Shown: positions 40,216 through 52,948 of the stretch, piece after piece
Layout of the letters: each line of letters opens with the position of its first letter
Position numbering within the stretch: position 1 is the stretch's first letter
Notes under the pieces: model-generated
Databases searched by the model: none
What the model saw: the letters and a program-made list of their open reading frames with translations, nothing else
Told to the model about the DNA's origin: nothing
Source of the DNA: Botryllus schlosseri
Taxonomy: Eukaryota
DNA: 60,000 nt
Reading direction: 5' to 3'
NCBI GenBank assembly: GCA_051294905.1
Contig: CM119371.1
Location: 32,676,001-32,736,000 of the forward strand
Translations under genes and position numbers: made by a program

Positions 40216-41419
40216 TCGCCCGCGATCGCTATATGTTTCACGCCTCCAGAATAGTGGCTGACTTTAGTTGCGTGATAAGATCCATGAAAATATTCAATCA
40301 ATGTGTTAGTTTATCAACTTGAAATGAAACTCACTACACAAATCAAGTCGATCCGTATCAGAATGTTTTAAATCGGTACAACTCTAATCCTTTGACAAAT
40401 CCTTAACGCGTTTTTGTTGAATCGAACGTAACCCGAATATTACTGACGCCGACTTTCAGCCGCATCGAATTATTCGCACATTCCGCGCCACTGTTTTCAC
40501 ACTTATAGAATCAATACCAACTATAACTCTACAAGAATCAAGAATCACAAGTACGTGCATTACACAGTTATTGTCTTTATCAACTTGAAATCAAACACTT
40601 AACAAAAACACGAAACTAATCATTTGGCAACTCTAACATTACCCAAAAATTCCAGTATTGTTGATTGAAAATCCTTGAGTCATTATTATCAAAAATGTTA
40701 TAGTACCGCATCAGAATCCATTCGCGGGATGTACTAAAGGTAAATCCAGATAATCCAAAATGAAATATTTGAACTTTGACAAACATGACTACCAACTTTG
40801 ATCCAGCCACATTTCAAGATCATACTTTGAAACAATCCTTGAAACTTACAACTCTATTCACGACTGAGTTTTCCGTTTATCAAATAGAGTTTCAGTAAAT
40901 ACTATCGCGATATTTTAATGTGTTACTACACACAATAGAATCATTCAATGAAATAACACCTGTTGTAAATATTTCTAACTTGACAACCACTTGTGCATAC
41001 CGCGATCGACTTGTGACGCGATGAGTTAAATCGGAATATTTCAATCTATTTGTCGAAACCTTGAACAAACTATCGGGGTATTTTTTGTTGTAATTGAGTG
41101 TACGGAAATAGTATTACGTCTCGACATCTCGCCATCTCACCATATTCAATGAGTCAACCACGAAAACGTTGTCAAGTAAATCCGTTTGTAACTTACCCAA
41201 CCAACTCAAACAGTACCAGTATGAAAAACAGCCAAACATACACGAATCCATACAATCACTAAAACCTAAAGTCCATAACAAGCTTGGTTGTATTCATATC
41301 CCTACACATCTTTTTTTTTATTCAGCTTGAAAAGTCGTTACTATTCTGTAAGATAGAGGAATTACTACGCGGTATATTCTGCAAGACAAACTAATTACTA
41401 CTCGGTATATTTTTTAAGA

Positions 41420-43400
41420 CAAAAGTAATTACTTCTCAGTATCGGCGACTTGAGATTAACATAATATGTTTGAGTATACGAGATTTGAAAGTCCGACCAA
41501 TGTAGTTGAGAATTCATTTCTTACATTCGAACGATGGTGTTATATTCAAAGTTATCATGCTGTGAACATAAGGATTGACACATTGATTTGACATATGAGA
41601 TTTGTAATAGTTGATCATTACTTTATTATTAAATTATTTGTGTTAATTAGACCCGGCGTTGTGGTAAATGTTATGACAGCAACAAACTTTTCAGTACCAA
41701 TGTTATTAACATATTGAGTTGTAAACTATGTGTGTCTAAAATGTTCTCGATTGGAAAATTATTCAGCCTTGGTACAAACCACGCAGCGTATTGTGGATAT
41801 CAGGAAATATTTTACAAATGTAATTGTCTCCACTAACCAAGACTAAAGATGAAACAACAATTTCCTTTGTTGAACAATAACCGGTACAATACTTTATCAT
41901 CGTAATCAGCAGTGAGAATTGAAACACTTTCACACATTATCCGGTGTCAAGATATCACGCTAGGTGAATTGACATACCGCCGCTTGATTAATACCTAATC
42001 CATTCGCACCATTTCACATACTTTGATCATTACAAAAGTAAATTGGGATATGTTTACTAGATGCATTCAATTCAGCTAGAAATGTCTGGTGCGCAACAAT
42101 CGTAATATCAAGGAAGTACTTGCTACACTGTAATTCACTAAACGTGTTTTGTATTGTTGTTCGTTTGTAGTATTGATTGTTTTTGAACCCTCAAATAATA
42201 ATTCCCGACATGAAACCAAGCCGCTGAAAGTCGTTACCATCACAACGAAACAATTTGTACGATGTTTGCCAAACGTATCCTATAGTTAGGTGTACTAGAA
42301 TTATTTGTGTTACGCATACACCGACAAAGAAATCGGGAATTTTTCCGTTGCATTCGCTAAAGTAAATGTCATCACAATACACTGTCACTAAAAGACGTTA
42401 CTCGCATGTAATTGAATCCCTAACAATTAACTAGCTAAATCAAACCCCTAAGAAATTTCAGTCACTCATTGGGTATGAAACAGCGTCGCTTAATCGGTCT
42501 ATATCGTTTTTCTAAAGTTAAATCATATCCATCCAATAGAAAACAATTTTCACTAGCTTGGTAATGAAACCGAAGTCTTCATTCAATATTTTGTTTGTGT
42601 CAAATACTTTACAATAAACACACTGGAGTGGTTGAGCTTTACATCATCAAGCTGTCATCTGTAAATCGAGATCACATCCGACTTGTAACTGTATCGTTTA
42701 CCTAACCGAGTTGTATGCGCAGTTTGATATTTTTGTCATTTAGTGATTGCTGAACATACCAAACGATACACATTCACTTCCGAAATACTGCGTTGATCTC
42801 AATTCCCTTTGTCGTGATAATCGAAGTACATTTGTCTATTCATGACACATGAAAATATTCGATATTCTCATGCTACGAACATACGCAATGATTGGTGACG
42901 CTTTCAAACTGTCTCGATATCACAAGAACTTTATTGTCTGAATGGGTGTTCATGTATCTTAATAATCAAATAGTTCAACACAGAACTAGCACTAACAGAA
43001 ACATCAGAGTTGTTTACACAAAACTTTGTATGTGTACAGTATGCGAATACCATGTGTAAGTCCAGCACAATTGTGGTATCCATCCGAGTTTAGTCAACAC
43101 AAATTTATTACAACGGAGCCACGTAAACTTTCGTGAAAGAAAAGCATACTCACTTCCAGAGGGTTATGTCAACACCATAGCAGTTCCCCAACAACAAAGT
43201 ACATATGTTTCTAGCCACGGTCCTTACATCTTTCACATAGATCAATCTACTTTGCTAACGAAAAGTGCTGAGTCATCACATGATCGCTCTCACAACAAAA
43301 CAGCTAGTAGATATTATCATTCAAAATATTCCTAACCCTTTACACACCAGTGACAAATCATACAACGAATATGCTTTGCGGGTTGAATTGTTGTTCAGTG
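41420..43400 (-). pseudogene. Highly decayed protein-primed family B DNA polymerase remnant (left-arm copy)
   Basis: Mirror of 48450-50430. Confidence 0.6.
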
Positions 43401-44104
43401 TCAAGTCTACCTGTTGAAACGTACATTAAACAGCGCAATCCAATTAAACCCACGAATCTATTTTCATTTCGTCACATACAGAAAAATAAATTTTCTTTCT
43501 CCAACACATACTTGTAACCAATCGCTTTCATTAAACACACAACACCATAAAAGTATTTAATTTCTACAACATAGACATTCCGATGTAGTCAAGAAATATT
43601 TTTATTAATCAAAATCATCGATTGCTGTTCACGGCGTTAGTGTGTGCATGTCATACCTGTGGGCCCCGTATTAAAATGGACACGACACTACTGACTGTAA
43701 GGAGATAGAAGTCTATCACATCGATTTACATGTGGTCTTCGCTACGGTTTCAAAAAAACGAATCATCTCTTTTGCATTGATCTAGACCGAGCAAGTTAGT
43801 TAATGGCCATGATTGTGTTTGTCATATGCGAATGATAGGGTTACTGTCAAATCTACATACAACAATCTTCTGACGATCATAATAGCAATTTCATTTTCCG
43901 CCCCTTCATAATTGTACAACTCGGTAACTACGTTTAACAAGACCAATCACACTACCGGCGTTGAACACAAGATACCTACCCAAGTAAAAATATCATACGG
44001 GTTTGGACAACTGACGTTTACCTGTGTAAAATTATCATTTTCACTTGGAGGTCCACCGTTACCTAACTAAAATACTATTGTCCTTTGGAGATTTATCGTT
44101 TACC

Positions 44105-44605
44105 CAGTGTAACAATCCCCTTTTCACTTGGAAATCTATTTTTGGCCTGAATAACAAACCCCTTTTCACTTGGAAATCTATTTTTGCCCTGGATAACAAA
44201 CCTTTTTCATTTGGAAATATATTTTTTCTCTTGGTAACAAACCTTTTTCACTTGGAAATATATTTTTTCTCTGGGTAACAAACCTTTTTCACTTGGAAAT
44301 ATATTTTTTCTCTTGGTAACAAACCTTTTTCATTGGGAAATATATTTTTTCTCTTGGTAATAAACCTTTTTCACTTAGGAATATATTTTTTCTCTGGTTA
44401 ACAATCCTTTTTCACTTGGAAATATATTTTTTCTCTGGGTAACAAACCTTTTTCACTTGGAAATATATTTTTTCCCCGGGTAACAAACCTTTTTCCCTGA
44501 GCAACAAACCTTTTTCACTTGGAAATATATTTTTTCCCCCAGGTAACAAACCTTTTTCGCTTGGAAATATATTTTTCCCTGGGTTACAAACCTTTTTCAC
44601 TTGGT
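44105..44605. repeat. ~41-bp tandem array, ~13 units (mirror 47251-47751)
   Basis: aacaaacctttttcacttggaaatatattttttctc(t/tg)ggt; cores at 44201, 44242, 44283, 44324, 44365, 44406, 44447, 44488, half-unit 44509, 44551, 44591. Confidence 0.95.
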
Positions 44606-44799
44606 GGTCCGTCGTTTACCTGAGTAAAAATATCATTTTCCTTTGGGGGATCTGGCGTTTACCCAGTGTAACAATACATTTTCTCTTGGTCATCTAGCTT
44701 TTCCTAGAGTAACAAAACCATTTTCATTTTGAAATCTGACAAACACACCTGACAATTTGATATTTTTGTATATTGTTACAACGGATAGCGACAAAATAT

Positions 44800-45995
44800 A
44801 CACCAACAACAACTCCAATACATTTGTGTAATCGCATATTCACTTGTGCTGATGCAACCCATCAATATCATGGGTTACCCGCATGCAATATCCTCTTGCA
44901 CACCGAAATGCATGTTTTGGAAACTTGGACAATAGGCTTCGATAGTTCTGTGATGTCCGGGTTCGTGCTTTGGATTTTCCAGAGTCAAAATGTCTGAATA
45001 AAACACCTCCTCGACGACGGTTGGTATGTGGATAACGGTGTTCGGAAAACGGTTGGATTTATGTCACCCATCGCGATAACAATTCCAGGTCGAGTTTTCC
45101 TCCGGCATGTTTACTATATTGTGTCTTTATTGGTCAATGTATGTCTCGACATTCAGTTTGAAATCGGAAATGATAAAGTATGTAACCGGATCCGGATATC
45201 AACTCTGAATCGATAAACCAATGAACAATATTCAAAGTAAACATGTTACATTCCACGAAAAAATACCATCCAGACATACGTCGCGCTTGTTTGCCCACAA
45301 CAGTATACGCGTAAATGGAGGTGTGTGACATTGCATGCAATGTGTTGGTATACAAACATCGGGGAGTAAGCCTTCGATCCACAGACATTATCATAGCCGG
45401 TAATTTTGATGCAGATCGAATGTCACCCGATAACAATACCAATAAGCCACATTGCAATGACTCTGAGTCCGCGCTATTACATCGATATTTCGACACCGTT
45501 CACTGATTTATTCGATGGTGTTATCGTGTTGTAACATTACAAGATAGTCATGACCCTATCTGTAGACGGACCACCCAGATCAATTGGATACATCGGTCAA
45601 TATCCATCGTGTTGTCGACACCGAAGTTTTCTGCTGAGACTACAGCGTTTGATCCAGGTGAACTATCAAAGTACGGTGCTCGAAATGATTGCGATCAGGC
45701 TTTCAGTCACGATCAATGGATGTCGCTACTCCCACATAACGACTCCGGATAAATATCGTGCAAATGTCGGACTGATATTGTGATCCAAAAAGGTATGTTT
45801 CTGTGGAATGAAGACTGCAATCGTACACCACAATAGAACACTACCTCGTGATTTCACACGCAATCATAAAACACACTTTCGTAAGGGTCTAGCTCGTCCG
45901 GTTTCGAAACGGTCGTCACCACAAGAGATCGGGGTTGGTCTCGTCATATCGGAGCATTTTGAAACGACATCGTCACAAGTCTATTGACGTCGATT
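44800..45995 (+). pseudogene. Decayed Polinton major capsid protein remnant; runs across the arm/spacer junction
   Basis: Ordered fragments in shifting frames resembling Polinton MCP: CDI..GVSLR..MSPDNNTN..ALLHR, YIGQYPS, LSVTINGCRYS..TPD, GMFLWNEDCN, TLPRDFT..HFRKG, SILKRHRHKSIDVD. Recognised by eye only. Confidence 0.55.
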
Positions 45996-46340
45996 CAGTT
46001 GGTCATGTCAATCCGTTTCACAATCCACCATTTTTCAACCCCCCGCACCATAGTGTTACGACACAGACAAGAAGCGTCGGTGGAAATAATAAAACACGGA
46101 AAGCACACTTTGGTGTTATTTGACATGGATTTTACACCCGACGAACCTCACATTCGAGCGATGCATTGGAATTACGCTTGTATTATTGATGTAGAAGGAA
46201 CAGAAATGTATCGATTTATTGGTTTCGTACGTATCCAACAAAAATCTGGGTATATGATTGTGCATGGTTCGCATATTTGACTGTGAACGCTCTATTGGTA
46301 TATGCTGTATAGTTCACTTTCACCGTCGTGCGAATAACCC
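45984..46340 (+). pseudogene. Decayed adenain-like cysteine protease remnant in the spacer
   Basis: MTSIQL.. start, TPDEPH..HW..IIDVEG (cf. NTDPxxxPGxHW..D..G) and frameshifted GICCIVHFHRRA (cf. CGxYCxxFLxxR); lies directly after the MCP-like remnant. Confidence 0.55.
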
Positions 46341-46386
46341 ATGTTACGGCTCGGTGTTTGTGTGTCTGTATGTCACGCTTCAGATT

Positions 46387-49300
46387 GACTCAGAGTCATT
46401 GCAATGTGGCTTATTGGTATTGTTATCGGGTGACATTCGATCTGCATCAAAATTACCGGCTATGATAATGTCTGTGGATCGAAGGCTTACTCCCCGATGT
46501 TTGTATACCAACACATTGCATGCAATGTCACACACCTCCATTTACGCGTATACTGTTGTGGGCAAACAAGCGCGACGTATGTCTGGATGGTATTTTTTCG
46601 TGGAATGTAACATGTTTACTTTGAATATTGTTCATTGGTTTATCGATTCAGAGTTGATATCCGGATCCGGTTACATACTTTATCATTTCCGATTTCAAAC
46701 TGAATGTCGAGACATACATTGACCAATAAAGACACAATATAGTAAACATGCCGGAGGAAAACTCGACCTGGAATTGTTATCGCGATGGGTGACATAAATC
46801 CAACCGTTTTCCGAACACCGTTATCCACATACCAACCGTCGTCGAGGAGGTGTTTTATTCAGACATTTTGACTCTGGAAAATCCAAAGCACGAACCCGGA
46901 CATCACAGAACTATCGAAGCCTATTGTCCAAGTTTCCAAAACATGCATTTCGGTGTGCAAGAGGATATTGCATGCGGGTAACCCATGATATTGATGGGTT
47001 GCATCAGCACAAGTGAATATGCGATTACACAAATGTATTGGAGTTGTTGTTGGTGTATATTTTGTCGCTATCCGTTGTAACAATATACAAAAATATCAAA
47101 TTGTCAGGTGTGTTTGTCAGATTTCAAAATGAAAATGGTTTTGTTACTCTAGGAAAAGCTAGATGACCAAGAGAAAATGTATTGTTACACTGGGTAAACG
47201 CCAGATCCCCCAAAGGAAAATGATATTTTTACTCAGGTAAACGACGGACCACCAAGTGAAAAAGGTTTGTAACCCAGGGAAAAATATATTTCCAAGCGAA
47301 AAAGGTTTGTTACCTGGGGGAAAAAATATATTTCCAAGTGAAAAAGGTTTGTTGCTCAGGGAAAAAGGTTTGTTACCCGGGGAAAAAATATATTTCCAAG
47401 TGAAAAAGGTTTGTTACCCAGAGAAAAAATATATTTCCAAGTGAAAAAGGATTGTTAACCAGAGAAAAAATATATTCCCAAGTGAAAAAGGTTTATTACC
47501 AAGAGAAAAAATATATTTCCCAATGAAAAAGGTTTGTTACCAAGAGAAAAAATATATTTCCAAGTGAAAAAGGTTTGTTACCCAGAGAAAAAATATATTT
47601 CCAAGTGAAAAAGGTTTGTTACCAAGAGAAAAAATATATTTCCAAATGAAAAAGGTTTGTTATCCAGGGCAAAAATAGATTTCCAAGTGAAAAGGGGTTT
47701 GTTATTCAGGCCAAAAATAGATTTCCAAGTGAAAAGGGGATTGTTACACTGGGTAAACGATAAATCTCCAAAGGACAATGGTATTTTAGTTAGGTAACGG
47801 TGGACCTCCAAGTGAAAATGATAATTTTACACAGGTAAACGTCAGTTGTCCAAACCCGTATGATATTTTTACTTGGGTAGGTATCTTGTGTTCAACGCCG
47901 GTAGTGTGATTGGTCTTGTTAAACGTAGTTACCGAGTTGTACAATTATGAAGGGGCGGAAAATGAAATTGCTATTATGATCGTCAGAAGATTGTTGTATG
48001 TAGATTTGACAGTAACCCTATCATTCGCATATGACAAACACAATCATGGCCATTAACTAACTTGCTCGGTCTAGATCAATGCAAAAGAGATGATTCGTTT
48101 TTTTGAAACCGTAGCGAAGACCACATGTAAATCGATGTGATAGACTTCTATCTCCTTACAGTCAGTCGTGTCGTGTCCATTTTAATACGGGGCCCACAGG
48201 TATGACATGCACACACTAACGCCGTGAACAGCAATCGATGATTTTGATTAATAAAAATATTTCTTGACTACATCGGAATGTCTATGTTGTAGAAATTAAA
48301 TACTTTTATGGTGTTGTGTGTTTAATGAAAGCGATTGGTTACAAGTATGTGTTGGAGAAAGAAAATTTATTTTTCTGTATGTGACGAAATGAAAATAGAT
48401 TCGTGGGTTTAATTGGATTGCGCTGTTTAATGTACGTTTCAACAGGTAGACTTGACACTGAACAACAATTCAACCCGCAAAGCATATTCGTTGTATGATT
48501 TGTCACTGGTGTGTAAAGGGTTAGGAATATTTTGAATGATAATATCTACTAGCTGTTTTGTTGTGAGAGCGATCATGTGATGACTCAGCACTTTTCGTTA
48601 GCAAAGTAGATTGATCTATGTGAAAGATGTAAGGACCGTGGCTAGAAACATATGTACTTTGTTGTTGGGGAACTGCTATGGTGTTGACATAACCCTCTGG
48701 AAGTGAGTATGCTTTTCTTTCACGAAAGTTTACGTGGCTCCGTTGTAATAAATTTGTGTTGACTAAACTCGGATGGATACCACAATTGTGCTGGACTTAC
48801 ACATGGTATTCGCATACTGTACACATACAAAGTTTTGTGTAAACAACTCTGATGTTTCTGTTAGTGCTAGTTCTGTGTTGAACTATTTGATTATTAAGAT
48901 ACATGAACACCCATTCAGACAATAAAGTTCTTGTGATATCGAGACAGTTTGAAAGCGTCACCAATCATTGCGTATGTTCGTAGCATGAGAATATCGAATA
49001 TTTTCATGTGTCATGAATAGACAAATGTACTTCGATTATCACGACAAAGGGAATTGAGATCAACGCAGTATTTCGGAAGTGAATGTGTATCGTTTGGTAT
49101 GTTCAGCAATCACTAAATGACAAAAATATCAAACTGCGCATACAACTCGGTTAGGTAAACGATACAGTTACAAGTCGGATGTGATCTCGATTTACAGATG
49201 ACAGCTTGATGATGTAAAGCTCAACCACTCCAGTGTGTTTATTGTAAAGTATTTGACACAAACAAAATATTGAATGAAGACTTCGGTTTCATTACCAAGC

Positions 49301-52300
49301 TAGTGAAAATTGTTTTCTATTGGATGGATATGATTTAACTTTAGAAAAACGATATAGACCGATTAAGCGACGCTGTTTCATACCCAATGAGTGACTGAAA
49401 TTTCTTAGGGGTTTGATTTAGCTAGTTAATTGTTAGGGATTCAATTACATGCGAGTAACGTCTTTTAGTGACAGTGTATTGTGATGACATTTACTTTAGC
49501 GAATGCAACGGAAAAATTCCCGATTTCTTTGTCGATGTATGCGTAACACAAATAATTCTAGTACACCTAACTATAGGATACGTTTGGCAAACATCGTACA
49601 AATTGTTTCGTTGTGATGGTAACGACTTTCAGCGGCTTGGTTTCATGTCGGGAATTATTATTTGAGGGTTCAAAAACAATCAATACTACAAACGAACAAC
49701 AATACAAAACACGTTTAGTGAATTACAGTGTAGCAAGTACTTCCTTGATATTACGATTGTTGCGCACCAGACATTTCTAGCTGAATTGAATGCATCTAGT
49801 AAACATATCCCAATTTACTTTTGTAATGATCAAAGTATGTGAAATGGTGCGAATGGATTAGGTATTAATCAAGCGGCGGTATGTCAATTCACCTAGCGTG
49901 ATATCTTGACACCGGATAATGTGTGAAAGTGTTTCAATTCTCACTGCTGATTACGATGATAAAGTATTGTACCGGTTATTGTTCAACAAAGGAAATTGTT
50001 GTTTCATCTTTAGTCTTGGTTAGTGGAGACAATTACATTTGTAAAATATTTCCTGATATCCACAATACGCTGCGTGGTTTGTACCAAGGCTGAATAATTT
50101 TCCAATCGAGAACATTTTAGACACACATAGTTTACAACTCAATATGTTAATAACATTGGTACTGAAAAGTTTGTTGCTGTCATAACATTTACCACAACGC
50201 CGGGTCTAATTAACACAAATAATTTAATAATAAAGTAATGATCAACTATTACAAATCTCATATGTCAAATCAATGTGTCAATCCTTATGTTCACAGCATG
50301 ATAACTTTGAATATAACACCATCGTTCGAATGTAAGAAATGAATTCTCAACTACATTGGTCGGACATTCAAATCTCGTATACTCAAACATATTATGTTAA
50401 TCTCAAGTCGCCGATACTGAGAAGTAATTACTTTTGTCTTAAAAAATATACCGAGTAGTAATTAGTTTGTCTTGCAGAATATACCGCGTAGTAATTCCTC
50501 TATCTTACAGAATAGTAACGACTTTTCAAGCTGAATAAAAAAAAAGATGTGTAGGGATATGAATACAACCAAGCTTGTTATGGACTTTAGGTTTTAGTGA
50601 TTGTATGGATTCGTGTATGTTTGGCTGTTTTTCATACTGGTACTGTTTGAGTTGGTTGGGTAAGTTACAAACGGATTTACTTGACAACGTTTTCGTGGTT
50701 GACTCATTGAATATGGTGAGATGGCGAGATGTCGAGACGTAATACTATTTCCGTACACTCAATTACAACAAAAAATACCCCGATAGTTTGTTCAAGGTTT
50801 CGACAAATAGATTGAAATATTCCGATTTAACTCATCGCGTCACAAGTCGATCGCGGTATGCACAAGTGGTTGTCAAGTTAGAAATATTTACAACAGGTGT
50901 TATTTCATTGAATGATTCTATTGTGTGTAGTAACACATTAAAATATCGCGATAGTATTTACTGAAACTCTATTTGATAAACGGAAAACTCAGTCGTGAAT
51001 AGAGTTGTAAGTTTCAAGGATTGTTTCAAAGTATGATCTTGAAATGTGGCTGGATCAAAGTTGGTAGTCATGTTTGTCAAAGTTCAAATATTTCATTTTG
51101 GATTATCTGGATTTACCTTTAGTACATCCCGCGAATGGATTCTGATGCGGTACTATAACATTTTTGATAATAATGACTCAAGGATTTTCAATCAACAATA
51201 CTGGAATTTTTGGGTAATGTTAGAGTTGCCAAATGATTAGTTTCGTGTTTTTGTTAAGTGTTTGATTTCAAGTTGATAAAGACAATAACTGTGTAATGCA
51301 CGTACTTGTGATTCTTGATTCTTGTAGAGTTATAGTTGGTATTGATTCTATAAGTGTGAAAACAGTGGCGCGGAATGTGCGAATAATTCGATGCGGCTGA
51401 AAGTCGGCGTCAGTAATATTCGGGTTACGTTCGATTCAACAAAAACGCGTTAAGGATTTGTCAAAGGATTAGAGTTGTACCGATTTAAAACATTCTGATA
51501 CGGATCGACTTGATTTGTGTAGTGAGTTTCATTTCAAGTTGATAAACTAACACATTGATTGAATATTTTCATGGATCTTATCACGCAACTAAAGTCAGCC
51601 ACTATTCTGGAGGCGTGAAACATATAGCGATCGCGGGCGAGTGACAAATTGTTGGTTTTCGAATCACCGTCTGCGACGGCTCTGTGACAAACTTATTACC
51701 GAAATATTACCTTGTGAGCGGGTATGAGAGATTGCTATATGTCTGAAGCATTATCCGGTGAGTGGTCGTTGGATTTTAAAATTATATCACAACCTTTTGA
51801 ATAAGCGTTCTCTTCACAAAGGATTAGGGTTAGAGCGGAAATAAGTGACAATTTGTCGCTATTCAAGTTACCGCGGTCTGTTATTCGTTACTTGTTAAAT
51901 CTTACCAGCGAAATCAAGTTCTGTGACAAACTGATTACTAAAATTTCACCGCGTGAGCGATCGGTATGGTTATGACACCAAGTCGTGAAAGATGGGTATG
52001 TCCGAGACATTATCTTGTCAGTGATCGCGGGGTTTTGCAAACTATTCCACACCTTTTTGAATAAGCGTTAACTTCACAAAGGATTACGGCTAGAATAGAA
52101 ATAAGTGACAATTTGTTGGTATTCAAGTCTCGCCGGTGATGTATCTGTTATTCGGCACTTATTACACTTATCATGAAATTAGAGTGAGAACATAAAGCGT
52201 CAAGTTGTTGTTTTCGAATTTTGATGTCGAGGTGATAAATTTACGCATTCAATTACAATTCAACTTCGGTTGTGTATTGAGTGATAGATCGATATGCCGG

Positions 52301-52948
52301 AAGTGGTATCTTGTGAGCGATCGTAGGATTTTACAAATATTTCACATCTTTTTGAAGTGTTAGTTTGCGAACGCGACTATTGTTGATATTCGAATCGCCG
52401 TCTGTCGCACGCACTGCGTAAATCCTCTTGCAAGCCACGTTTCCGTTTGCGCGGTTATTGTTGGTGACTATTCAACACCGTGCGAGAGATGGTTGAAAGT
52501 GCGAATCACGACCGCATCCATAAGAACACATGACGAATCATCACAGATCTCGTAAGAATACACGACAGGCGAATCACCGCCACCGCCTATAGCAAAAAAG
52601 GCGAGTCACGACCACGAGTTTTCACGATATACACATTAACAAAGATTCATTCACATGACTATTTACTTGATACATATTCAACACCGGTCGAGAGATGCAT
52701 ATACCGAAAAGGGTCACCGGTTCAAGACGAGTTTCGAGGCACCGGTCGAGTGATCGCTATACCGAAAAGGGTCACCGGTTCAAGACGAGTTTTCGCGGCA
52801 CCGGTCGAGAGATCCCTATACTCATAAGGCACCGGTCGGGTGGAAGGGGGGTCTGAAAGGGTCACCGGTTCAGGACGAGTTTTCGCGGCACCTCACCACC
52901 CCGCCCATAAGAGACAATGGCACACCACGACCGATCTATATAACTACT
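46387..52948 (-). repeat. Right arm (6,562 bp) of giant inverted repeat
   Basis: Reverse complement of 38908-45469; begins gactcagagtcattgcaat at 46387. Confidence 0.98.
48450..50430 (+). pseudogene. Highly decayed protein-primed family B DNA polymerase remnant (right-arm copy)
   Basis: Colinear motif ghosts across frames: YAFLS..KFVL..GWIPQL..FV*TTLMFL (~48705, ExoII region), YKSDV (~49170, ExoIII), CKVFDTN..GFI, FLLDGYD (~49320), DFFV(G/D)VC, IGYVWQTSY (~49575, cf. YVDFTSLYP), VAVITFTT (~50175), NEF..G..N..Y (~50340). Many stops and deletions. Confidence 0.6.

Larger units (their letters stand above)
38908..45469 (+). repeat. Left arm (6,562 bp) of giant inverted repeat
   Basis: Position x pairs with 91856-x at every point checked (six mirrored ORF pairs obey this); five mismatches seen by eye: 41490, 42321, 43689, 44076, 44377. 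Confidence 0.98.
38908..52948. mobile_element. Non-autonomous Polinton/Maverick derivative forming a 14-kb palindrome
   Basis: Termini AGTAGTTATATAGATCGG / CCGATCTATATAACTACT; perfect 6-bp TSD GGCGAG (38902-38907, 52949-52954); decayed pPolB-, MCP- and protease-like remnants. Confidence 0.88.

Noticed and set aside
44105..44605. CRISPR-like regular repeats (also the 79-bp array at 34222-34680)
   Set aside because: Head-to-tail tandem units without unique spacers, no cas genes, eukaryotic context.
38908..52948. Giant palindrome as a pure assembly artefact
   Set aside because: Bounded exactly by element termini and a 6-bp TSD, has a unique spacer, and the arms differ at several positions; read-level confirmation is still advisable.
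38908..52948. Intact, autonomous Polinton or endogenous virus
   Set aside because: No ORF longer than ~154 aa; pPolB catalytic motifs are destroyed; no integrase or ATPase recognised.
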